Positions 21,494-32,240 of a DNA stretch of 50,001 nt are shown here, piece after piece. The translations under genes were made by a program, and so were the position numbers. The notes beneath the pieces were generated by a model. The model was not told the DNA's origin. It was given only the letters and a program-made list of their open reading frames with translations, and did not search any database. The DNA comes from Macrostomum lignano (lineage: Eukaryota). The stretch spans positions 1 through 50,001 of the forward strand of contig NIVC01004336.1 of the NCBI GenBank assembly GCA_002269645.1, in the 5' to 3' direction. How positions within the stretch are numbered: the first letter of the stretch is position 1; every line of letters starts with the position of its first letter.

Positions 21494-24008
21494 TCAGCGC
21501 TTTGTCCTGATCCCGTCTCCGAGCCAACGTTTGGTCCTGATCCCGTCTCCGAGCCAACGTTTGGTCCTGATCCCGTCTCCGAGCCAGCGTTTGGTCCTGA
21601 TCCCATCTCCGAGCCAACGTTTGGTCCTGATCCCATCTCCAAGCCAGCGCTTCGTCCTGATCCCATCTCCGAGCCAACGTTTGGTCCTGATCCCGTCTCC
21701 AAGCCAGCGCTTCGTCCTGATCCCGTCTCCGAGCCAACGTTTGGTCCTGATCCCGTCTCCGAGCCAACGTTTGGTCCTGATCCCGTCTCCAAGCCAGCGC
21801 TTCGTCCTGATCCCGTCTCCGAGCCAACGTTTGGTCCTGATCCCGTCTCCGAGCCAGCGCTTCGTCCTGATCCCGTCTCCGAGCCAACGTTTGGTCCTGA
21901 TCCCGTCTCCGAGCCAACGTTTGGTCCTGATCCCGTCTCCGAGCCAACGTTTGGTCCTGATCCCGTCTCCGAGCCAACGTTTGGTCCTGATCCCGTCTCC
22001 AAGCCAGCGCTTGGTCCTGATCCCGTCTCCAAGCCAGCGCTTGGTCCTGATCCCGTCTCCAAGCCAGCGCTTGGTCCTGATCCCGTCTCCAAGCCAACGC
22101 TTCGTTCTGATCCCGTCTCCAAGCCAGCGCTTGGTCCTGATTCCATTTCCCAACCACTTCTTCTCTTTGGCTTCAATGTGATCAGCCTCATCTACAGGCG
22201 TTAGTTTGTCACCCGAAGGTTCATTTCTGCCAACCGAGTTCCAACCAAACGAATGGACCTGCAGTAAAAAACAAGTTGAGTCACTTGAGTCAATTGAACA
22301 TTCGTAATTTTCGTAATTTACAGGCACTCTTACGTCTGCTTTCTCCTCGGCTGAAGCGATCCCATTATCTGAAAGAGGATAAGCGAAGGAAGGGCTGTGA
22401 ATTCCGCATTTTTGGGTATATTCGCTAATTTTCGGACAGCATGTTTTTATTGCTGCCACCAGAACAATTCTTCATCCAAGTTATTGTTTAGCAATTTGAC
22501 GATCATTATTCACATTTTTAATGCATAACAATCCATTACTACAAACAATGCATTGTCTGTAGGATCGTCAAACAGAAAAACAATGCAAAGAATCAGCGGT
22601 CGCAGCACGTGACAACGATTTGTCTATGGCTCGCGCCTAGAAAACCTACCGGCGCTCGCCAGACAATCGTTGTCACGCACTGGGACCGCTGATTATTTAT
22701 CCATTGTATTATCATAGAAAAACCGAGCTTGAACTAATTTCTATGGCGTAGAGAATTTCTGAAGGGACATCAGTATGCAGTGTTTACTGCAGCACACAGT
22801 GTCTTTTTGAAGACGATGTAGCAATGAAACTTATTGTATCAAATACCGCTACTAGGACTCGATCGTGAGCAAATTTTGATACTACTCAGCCGCCTCATCC
22901 TCTTCCTCTTCCTCATTGAAACTCTGACGCATTCCGCAGCAACAAAATTTTGAGAAAGCACTATTCAATCTTTGCTTGAAAATGTGTTAAAAATTGTTTC
23001 TAAATGGCAGAGAAGGTGCGAAATGGAAGTAAAAAGATGGAGTTCAGGATGGCATCGTGGACGATCGTCAATAGCATTCTAAACAGAGAGACAGACAAAT
23101 CAGATTATCAACTGTGCGGGCGAACAAGTCTGCCTGAGAAGAACCTTTCTTGTACTCTTCATAATTCATAGTCTGACAGCTAGGGCAGGCCAACGTTGTA
23201 AAGAAGAATGTATTTGTCTCACTTAAGATTTTATCATGTCTTTTAGTGAGTTCTTTAACGAGCTGCTGGGGGACTGGCTGGCACGCTACAGCTGTCCCGA
23301 TTCGGTTTCTCGCTGCAATCGCTGAAGGAAGTTATTTTCTGTTTGACTGGGGAGTAGAAAATTTATTAACAAGCTGGCGATTGAGGGGCCATCAATTAAA
23401 ACAATCTAAAGAAATTGTCAATAGGATCGAGTGGATGCATCAATTATTATCGTGTGCAATTTAGCCCAGCCAAAATTGCAACGAAATCTTATTTTGTTGG
23501 GAGATAATGGATGAACAGATAAGTAGACTGTCGGATGATGGCATGCTTAGATGAATTAGGAAAGGAATTATACTTTAGTAAGCCTAATATTGCGCTGCTG
23601 ATACAAGCGGATAAACAAAGCATTACATGACTGGATAAATAGACCATTACATGACTAGATAAATAGCCATTACATTACTAGATGAGTAGACCATTACATG
23701 ACTAGATGAGCAGACCATTACATGACTAGATGAGCAGACCATTACATGACTAGATGAGCAGGCCATTACATGACTAGATGAGCAGACCATTACATGACTA
23801 GATGAGCAGGCCATTACCTGACTAGATTAGTAGACCATTACATGACTAGATGAGTAGACCATTACATGACTAGATGAGTAGACTATTAAATGACCAGATG
23901 AGCAGAACATGGCATCACAATATGACCAGATGAGTGATACTTACAGCTAGTGGCAGTCAAAGCCAGAGTCAGCAGCAATAGCACTTGAGGCCGCATATGA
24001 AGCAGCAT
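21494..24008 (-). CDS. Secreted neuropeptide/peptide-hormone precursor, 287 aa; exons 24008-23945, 22368-22334, 22258-21494; 22 KR-flanked WLG(D/N)GIRT peptides
   Basis: Exon 1 MLLHMRPQVLLLLTLALTATS + T|GTAAGT (phase 1). Exon 2 after CCTCTTTCAG: AT-NGIASAEEKAD|GTAAGA (phase 0). Exon 3 after TTTACTGCAG: VHSFGWNSVGRNEPSGDKLTPVDEADHIEAKEKK-WLGNGIRT-(KR-WLGDGIRT)x21-KR-stop. Total CDS 864 nt; repeat variants are all silent in this frame. Confidence 0.88.
22581..22707. other. ~125-bp imperfect palindrome (hairpin / small MITE) in prohormone intron 1
   Basis: AATCAGCGGTC..CGTGACAACGATT.TGTCT ... AGACAATCGTTGTCACG..GACCGCTGATT arms. Confidence 0.8.
23621..23905. repeat. 24-bp tandem repeat GACCATTACATGACTAGATGAGCA, ~12 copies (prohormone intron 1)
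   Basis: Directly visible. Confidence 0.95.
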
Positions 24009-24341
24009 TTCGGAAGCAACGGCAGAAAGTCACTTTTTTTAAACTAAGCAGCCCAGACTTGAAAGTTGCTTGAATTAAATTAAATTGTGGAGAGAATAAA
24101 CTTCTTTAAAAGAAATTGCTGCTGTTTATGGCTGCACGAGGTGCCAAGTGCAGTCGCAGACTGGGAATTGTGAGATCCTGCTCCTGCGCCAGGGAGTTGG
24201 CCCTATAATAGCTCGCTCAGCCAGCTCCCACATCTCACTGCTCACTGGCTGCCCACGCAGACCTTCGCTTCAATTCTTTTGCCACTCCCTCCGTGCCTTT
24301 TTCTGGACTGCTTCTCTCCTGCTGTGTCTGTATCTGTCTGC

Positions 24342-24907
24342 CTCTGTTTCACTCTGTTTCACTCTGTTTCACTCTGTTTCACTCTGTTTCACTCTGTTTC
24401 ACTCTGTTTCACTCTGTTTCACTCTGTTTCACTCTGTTTCACTCTGTTTCACTCTGTTTCACTCTGTTTCACTCTGTTTCACTCTGTTTCACTCTGTTTC
24501 ACTCTGTTTCACTCTGTTTCACTCTGTTTCACTCTGTTTCACTCTGTTTCACTCTGTTTCACTCTGTTTCACTCTGTTTCACTCTGTTTCACTCTGTTTC
24601 ACTCTGTTTCACTCTGTTTCACTCTGTTTCACTCTGTTTCACTCTGTTTCACTCTGTTTCACTCTGTTTCACTCTGTTTCACTCTGTTTCACTCTGTTTC
24701 ACTCTGTTTCACTCTGTTTCACTCTGTTTCACTCTGTTTCACTCTGTTTCACTCTGTTTCACTCTGTTTCACTCTGTTTCACTCTGTTTCACTCTGTTTC
24801 ACTCTGTTTCACTCTGTTTCACTCTGTTTCACTCTGTTTCACTCTGTTTCACTCTGTTTCACTCTGTTTCACTCTGTTTCACTCTGTTTCACTCTGTTTC
24901 ACTCTGT
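24342..24907. repeat. Perfect 10-bp tandem repeat (CTCTGTTTCA)n, ~56 copies
   Basis: Directly visible, no variants seen. Confidence 0.99.
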
Positions 24908-25493
24908 CCCTCTCCCTCTGTCCCCCTTCCTCTGTCCCTCTTTCTGTCCTAAACTTTTGTAAACCAGTAGTTTCTAATCTAGTATTACTCAAATAACATA
25001 TAATACAAAATAAAATCGGACAATTTTTGAGTCTAGACTCATATAGGTATATTATCGATTGAGGGTGTTGAAGTTCAATCTGCGGTGATAAAAAATGAAT
25101 TACGGCTACGGCTTTCTATCGCTACATTATAGCGATCTGTAATCGAAAATGGACCGCTTAGATAAAAATCTTTTTTACAACAAAATCAAACACCAACAAG
25201 TGAAGCAATGACATTGCCATTTATCAGCGTGAAAACTGTGCGACTCCTCTTTAGCAATTCTCATTGTCCAAAAATGATGCCATCAATTTGATTAGGTTTT
25301 ACTTATTTCTATTATATAATATTTTTACCACTTTTTCCCCGTAAAAGTTTTGCCTCTGTATTGAGCAGTACTGGCTTTCCGCTCTCTACTTTAATGATTG
25401 CCAACATCACGCGATCACCACGTTTAAACCTCCAGGTAATCGAATCAAGTTTTAGAGATGAAAATAAACAGATAGATAGAAAGATCTATAGAT

Positions 25494-26023
<530 letters not shown>

Positions 26024-26487
26024 CAGACAGTTAGACAGGCGCGGCAGGCAGGCGGAGGCGGGCAAACAGTCATGTGACGTGAGCAGAGCGGAAGCGAGGC
26101 TGGGGTGTCAACGGAAGCAGAGTTATAAAATACGACAACCCTGCCGCATCGCCCACATTTGGAAATGCTGGAAGTGCACGATCAGATAGATGATCCTGAA
26201 GCCAAATATAGCGAGACAAGTTCTCCAGGTAAAACTATCTAGCTCCTATTGTTCATAAACCTTCTATCTGGCAGCCCAGGTAGCCGGGGTAAAGTTAAAG
26301 GGAACAGCTTCTTTAGTCATTTGTTTGAATGAGCTTCATATCGCTTCATGCAAGGACTGTGAGTCAGTATAAAACGTGCGACTTGTTCTCTTGCTACATG
26401 TAACTACATTAGAAAGATATCAAAAATTGGCAATAGATAGATTTGACAATTGGGTAATAATTTTGATATTTTTGGATTGTAGATTAA

Positions 26488-26655
26488 ATGAGTCAGGTAG
26501 ATGAGATTGAATGAGTCAGATAGATGAGATTGGATGAGTCAGGTAGATGAGATTGGGTGAGTCAGGCAGATGAGACTGGATGAGTCAGGCAGGTGAGATT
26601 GGATGAGTCAGGTAGGTAAGATTTATGGATAATAATGGTGATCATATGAGTCAGG
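26488..26655. repeat. 23-bp tandem repeat with an AP-1 site (TGAGTCA) in each unit
   Basis: TGAGTCA at 26489, 26512, 26535, 26558, 26581, 26604 and 26647. Confidence 0.9.
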
Positions 26656-27479
26656 GGCATGAGATTGGCGAGACCAAATCAAGGCATCAAGGCATCAAGG
26701 CAAATGTGTACAAGCCGTAGGAAATATTGAGTAGTTACAGAATCGCAGAGCTTTTTAAAGTTAGATACTTGGCATGACAGCTGATTGACAGACAGATAAG
26801 TTTTGCAGCGAGCAGAGTTTACAGACTTGGACATTAAATAAACAACATAGAAGATGGCCTCTCTGTTATTCTGTTTGCTAGTCTGACACTCGCGCTGCTT
26901 CTGACTCGCGACACGAATAAGAAACGCCTGTTTAATAAAAAGGCTCAGAGTTAACCAATAGCGTGGTCTCAGAGTCCGAGAAATTAGTTTAGAGTCTTTG
27001 AGTAGGAAGGGAGCGAGCGTGCCTTATCAGAGCAGAGCACCTTGAAGTTCAGCTACTCAATAAATTTCTATGAATTGGTCAAGGGGAAAATTATAGCAAA
27101 TATTAACCACGAACTTCTAAGTCTTCTAGAACGGTGATTTGCTTGGCAACTGATGCAGAAAAAAGTTTGAACACAAAAATGCCTTCTTGACTTTAAGGAT
27201 TCGCAATTATGCAAAGTTCATTAGAAGACCCAATATCGCAGCAGAATGCATTAGCGAGGTGGCCATTTTTCCCATTCTTTTCAATTAGTTATCGACTCTG
27301 GTAAGTACTCAATTCACTCAGAGGCACTGCTTTTGTGATGCTTAAATATAGCTCATCGTTTGTTTATCGATTATTAAACGACGTTCCTTTTGGCGCGAAT
27401 TCAAATTGGATTTACTCCTAGTTTAACCAACGGCCCAGAGGTAAACTTACGCAAAAAATATCCGTAAGGATAGATAGAC

Positions 27480-27720
27480 CTGGGGGTCAGAAACCTTTTT
27501 TACCTCAAGGGCCAGATAGAGAACCTAGCGTATGAATGTGAGTGGGAGGATGGGAGAGCGGAGAGGGAATTGAGAAGAGAGGAGACGAGAGAAGAGGAGA
27601 GGAGAGAAAAGATAAGAGAGAGAGAGAGAGAGAGAGAGAGGAGATTAGAGAGAGAAGAGAGCTGCGAAGAGACACAAACAAGCCTTGAGCGGACCGGATT
27701 CCTATTTGGAAGCCAAAGCT
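27480..27720. mobile_element. Degenerate relative of the hAT MITE at 10464-10744
   Basis: CTGGGGGTCAGAAACCTTTTTTACCTCAAGGGCCAG resembles CAGGGGTTGGAAAACTTTTTACCTAAAGGGCCAA; similar GA-rich interior; right TIR unclear. Confidence 0.5.
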
Positions 27721-28606
27721 TGTGTTAGCATTCCGGATCTGCCACAACAGCACCACGATTCTGTCTGAATTCACTTTTGTTTAAAATTATCAACCCGTGT
27801 AAGCTTCGCGTCAGCAACAAGCGAGAATTTGCTCTGCTTTCGAAAAAAACAGAAAGAATAAAAGCCATCACTCTCAACCGTGACTCAAGGGGTGCCTGCG
27901 TCTATAGTCACTGAACATTTACACTTAGCAAGCATGTAGTTTGTTACTGCAGAAATGTGTATGCATAAAAAGCATCTACTCATATGTTCACTGTTGAAAT
28001 GCCTATGACTACATATTAATCAACATCGACATTCTTAAAAGAGAAATGCACCACAAAGTGAAAAAATCAATGTGAAGTTACACCGTTTTGCACCTGTATG
28101 AGAGCGTGCCTGTGTACATACAAATATCTAAATTTACTTACTTTACTTTACGCTAGCAGTAAACCAACAGTTGCCCAGATGATAGAAAGCTACTCATGAT
28201 AGAAAGCTGATGTTTTCCTTAAATAAAAGCAAACCTGGAAACAAAGGCATGAATTTAGTCAATTTAGCGAATTTTTATTGACTCGCAAAAATATCACTAT
28301 ACACTCTATACTTTCTACTGGTAAGTAGATGATGAGCTCTCGCATGCTCAATTATATTGGCAAGTGTTCATTGCGAGAAAATCAAGGAGCGGGAAGCTGC
28401 AAGCAGTCGGTCCCATTGGCCGTTGACCCCTGAGCACACACGTAATTTGATCTGGGGCAGTAAAGATTACCATTCTTTTAATTTAGCATGCACAGCATGT
28501 ATCAATCATGTTTGTAATTAAAATGTTGCCTGCAGGTAGTTTTAAGTCATTATTACAGGTATACATGTAAGTTCATGCTTATACATATTTATACGTATTA
28601 AATTGT

Positions 28607-28892
28607 TGTAGCCCAGTGGTTAGAGCGTTGGACTCATGACTGGAAAGTCGGGGGTTCGATTCTCGACCAACTCGGAACTATTTGTGTCCTTGAGCAAGAC
28701 ACAACTCGATCTGCATTGCTTCAGTTCACCCAGCTGTAAAATGGGTGCCAGCATTAGCTGGGGTAATTGAGGCTGTGTGTGGCGACCTCCCAGTCCTTGG
28801 ACTGAACAGCCGTACGCAGCCTTCAGCTGCGCCGCGCAATAGCTGCGGCTGAGCTGTCGGTTGCAATCAATTAATGTTATTATTATTATTAT
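28607..28892 (+). mobile_element. tRNA-derived SINE, family A, copy 2
   Basis: TAGCCCAGTGG A box, GGTTCGATTCT B box, same body as 5595-5863, (TAT)n tail. Confidence 0.9.
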
Positions 28893-30114
28893 TATACATG
28901 TTTACCAATATCATTTTTCATATTCCTGTTGACCTAGTGTTGGAAAGTTTCATGTATGAATTTTAAGCTTGATTGTTATAACAAACATATTTGATTCAAG
29001 AAGGAACAGAACAAAAAGATCAGCTAAAGCCACAATTGTGAGTATTTACAACTTTAGCTTTAGGCTTTGAAAATAATAAAAGTAACAGGATAACAGTACT
29101 GCCGAATGCGATCATTCATTTTGTGAGAAAAAATGATTTTTTCCTATTCCACTGCGCAGTGTATGTTTTCCAGGGAATTGGCCTCCCAAAACATCACCCG
29201 ATCTTTGACTTTTACTGTCCTGTTACTGCGAGTATACTATAGCGGTCCTTGCAGACGACTGTATACATGGCCCCTATGAGTCATGGCTCTTGTCACAATT
29301 TCTACTTAAAGTAGTCCGTGGTCACTTTCTGATAAGGGTAAAATTTTGTATCATTTATTAGTTGAAACGCGTTTGATATTGATCTCTTCTGCTATTTACT
29401 CGTATTATTGCATAAAAAACTTAATAAAGTAATAAAATACATCGTACTTTGTACTGAGCTCATACATTTTGACCAATTTGGCTGTATCTCGATCAGCTCC
29501 TTTGCATCTCTTAACGCCATGATACACTGTACGAGCGTAGTTATGCATACAACAGGCTCACAATTCTGAATAATCCAGAGTTTATAGCGATAAAGCAAAT
29601 ACTTGTGCAGAAAAAACAAATTCAACGCATCCAACGGAAAGTTTTACGCTACAGTTCGCAGTGTCAATCAACTAAAACTCTGCCTTAAAAAGCTTGCAGG
29701 CTTGCATGCTTTGTTGCAGCGAGTGCAAGCGTGACTGCCTAGGCATCGGGACACGCTGTGTGGAGTTTAGATACGAAATAAAGATACGAGGTATATCGCT
29801 GTTTATGCTTAGGAAGCATAAATACTTTCAACTAATGTAAGTGCGCGATAAATAAACTTTTAAGTTTTTCACTCTACGATATTGGCCACCTTGCTCTTAA
29901 AAGCAATCAGCATCACTCGTTAAAGAATTGACCAGCATTTCTCGAAAGGGGGTTCAATTGGCTAGTCAATTATACTAAACTTTAGATGCATCGAAGACAT
30001 CAAGCAGTTAATATATGCATACAATCGTTTAGGTTGCCTGTTGAGAGCTTTATATGCGCCTATATAGACCACGAGCTACTAATGATAAAGTACATGACGC
30101 ATTATAGTAACTAA

Positions 30115-30395
30115 TAATAATAATGATTACACCTGCCCGGGAAGATGTTCAACCGACAGCTCAGCTGCAGCTATTGCGCGGCACATCTAAAGGCTGCGTA
30201 CGGCTGCTCAGTCCAAGGACTGGGGGGTCGCCACACACCCTCAATAACCCCAGCTAATACTGGCACCCATTTTACAGCTGAGGTGAACTGCTTAAGTGTC
30301 TTGCTAAAGGATACAAATTTTCCTGTGGGACGGGAATCGAACTGCCGACCTTCAAGTCGTGAGTCCGACGCTCTAACCACAAGGCTACTATAGGC
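30115..30395 (-). mobile_element. tRNA-derived SINE, family A, copy 3, with TSD
   Basis: Reverse complement of family A; (TTA)n tail; 10-bp TSD TAGTAACTAA at 30105-30114 and 30396-30405. Confidence 0.92.
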
Positions 30396-31757
30396 TAGTA
30401 ACTAAGCTACTCTAAAGAAGCCTAAATTATCCATTTGTACAATCCAGAAAAAAATTATGAAACTGCTTTAGGTTAAGTGAGATTAGTTTATTGAAAAAAA
30501 CGTTTAAGAAGGCTCGTTGACACCGCCATTAAAAATGAGGCGAGTTTTTATAATGGTCTTGTACTAATAGTTAGTTACACGTAAGTAGTACCTGGAGTGG
30601 ACGCGCCATTCTGTGGAAGCTCTGTGAGTTTAACTATGGCGATATCCACCAATAATATACAACGTACTACGGGCTAGCTGTAGATGATGCAGTGTGATGC
30701 TCAGCATTTTACCCAATAAGAAATAAAGTTATGCGAAGTCAATGAACACTTTTCCTGTGCGTTAACATTCACTAGCTTAGTGTAAATTACAATTGTTATT
30801 CAACTTTATTGACACATTTCGATAGAAAGAAAACGCACACAAGAATTTCACGAACAGTTTCGTAGAGTAAGTTGAATCCACGCGCATGTTTCAAATCGCA
30901 TTAATAAAAATTAATAAAACTAGGTCATTTCTGATAGGCCGTTGACGTTACATATAGATTGAAAACACTAAGGTATGCTACTACAAATAGTTTAATACAG
31001 CTTGCGTTAATAGTAGAACTAAAAGTACGTCTTATATATGTTATAGCATATTATATGTATATATTTCTAAAATATGAAAAATTTGGGATACAAAAATATT
31101 TTAATTAACATTGGCGCCTAGACAAACACAATATTAGTCAGCTAATGCGCTCGTAGTATGAAAAAATCAATTTGACCACTTATCACTAATGGAGGGAGGT
31201 TTCAGTCTTGACAATATAAAAAGACATATTTAGCTCTTAGGCTGTTTGCTACACTCAACAATAAAATGCAATCAGCGGTGCTTAATCGCTACATAATTAT
31301 CATTTTATACATGCACTTTTATTTCTCTATTCCGATAAGCGGGCAAGAACGAAATAAAAATTTAATAAAATTTAAGCAGCATGCCTTTATTACTACTTTT
31401 TTTACTAACAGTAGTTTAGGCGCAAATATCAATAGTAATTATCGGAGAACGGAAAAGGGGCACAGATATTTTAACCACATGTACCTATATACAAAACAGA
31501 TTCGGTTGAGTGCAAGTACTTAATTTTACATTGTAGGCCTTTCGTGTTTAGAATACAACAAAATGTGCAATCAACTACAGAATTAATCACACAGACTGAT
31601 AATTGACCAAAAAATATTTGGAGCAGAGGCAGAAACACAAAATCTTCCCTAGAAGCAGGACTTGCTTATTCAATTCATTTCGAGAATCAACGCTTAATAG
31701 ATTCTTCATAGGGCAGCTACAATTATATCTGAAGCAGCCCAGCAACTTAAATTATTT

Positions 31758-32134
31758 CTGATCCCTACAATCTGATCCCTACAATCTGATCCCTACAATC
31801 TGATCCCTACAATCTGATCCCTACAATCTGATCCCTACAATCTGATCCCTACAATCTGATCCCTACAGTCTGATCCCCTACAATCTGATCCCTACAATCT
31901 GATCCCTACAATCTAATCCCTACAACCTTATCCCCCACAATCTGATCCCTACAATCTAATTCTTACAATCTGATCCCTACAATAAATAATTCCTACAATC
32001 TGATCCCTACACTCTGATCCCTACACTCTGATCCCTACAATTTAATTCCTACAATCTGATCCCTACACTCTGATCCCTACAATTTAATTCCTACAATCTG
32101 ATCCCTACAATCCGATCCCTACAATCTGATCCCT
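31758..32134. repeat. 14-bp tandem repeat CTGATCCCTACAAT, ~27 copies, just downstream of the TULP4 stop
   Basis: Directly visible. Confidence 0.97.
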
Positions 32135-32240
32135 GCCAAAAACCATACTAAGCATCTAGATGAAGTGAGGGCTATTATAGGCTCGCTGAAGCCAGAATGT
32201 CTACACTAAGGCCGATCAGATGAGTTAAAGCGCGCCGAGG

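Noticed and set aside
21417-22191. Alternative frames of the 30-bp array (QRLVLIPSPS, GLETGSGPSA, RRDQDQTLA)
   Set aside because: Repeat variants change amino acids in these frames but are silent in the KRWLGDGIRT frame.
22880-23310. Protein-like minus-strand snippets (…KQRLNSAFSKFCCCGMRQSFNEEEEEDEAAE; QPVPQQLVKELTKRHDKILSETNTFFFTTLACPSCQ)
   Set aside because: Short, interrupted by stops or frame changes, no consistent splice model, no recognised family; they lie inside prohormone intron 1.
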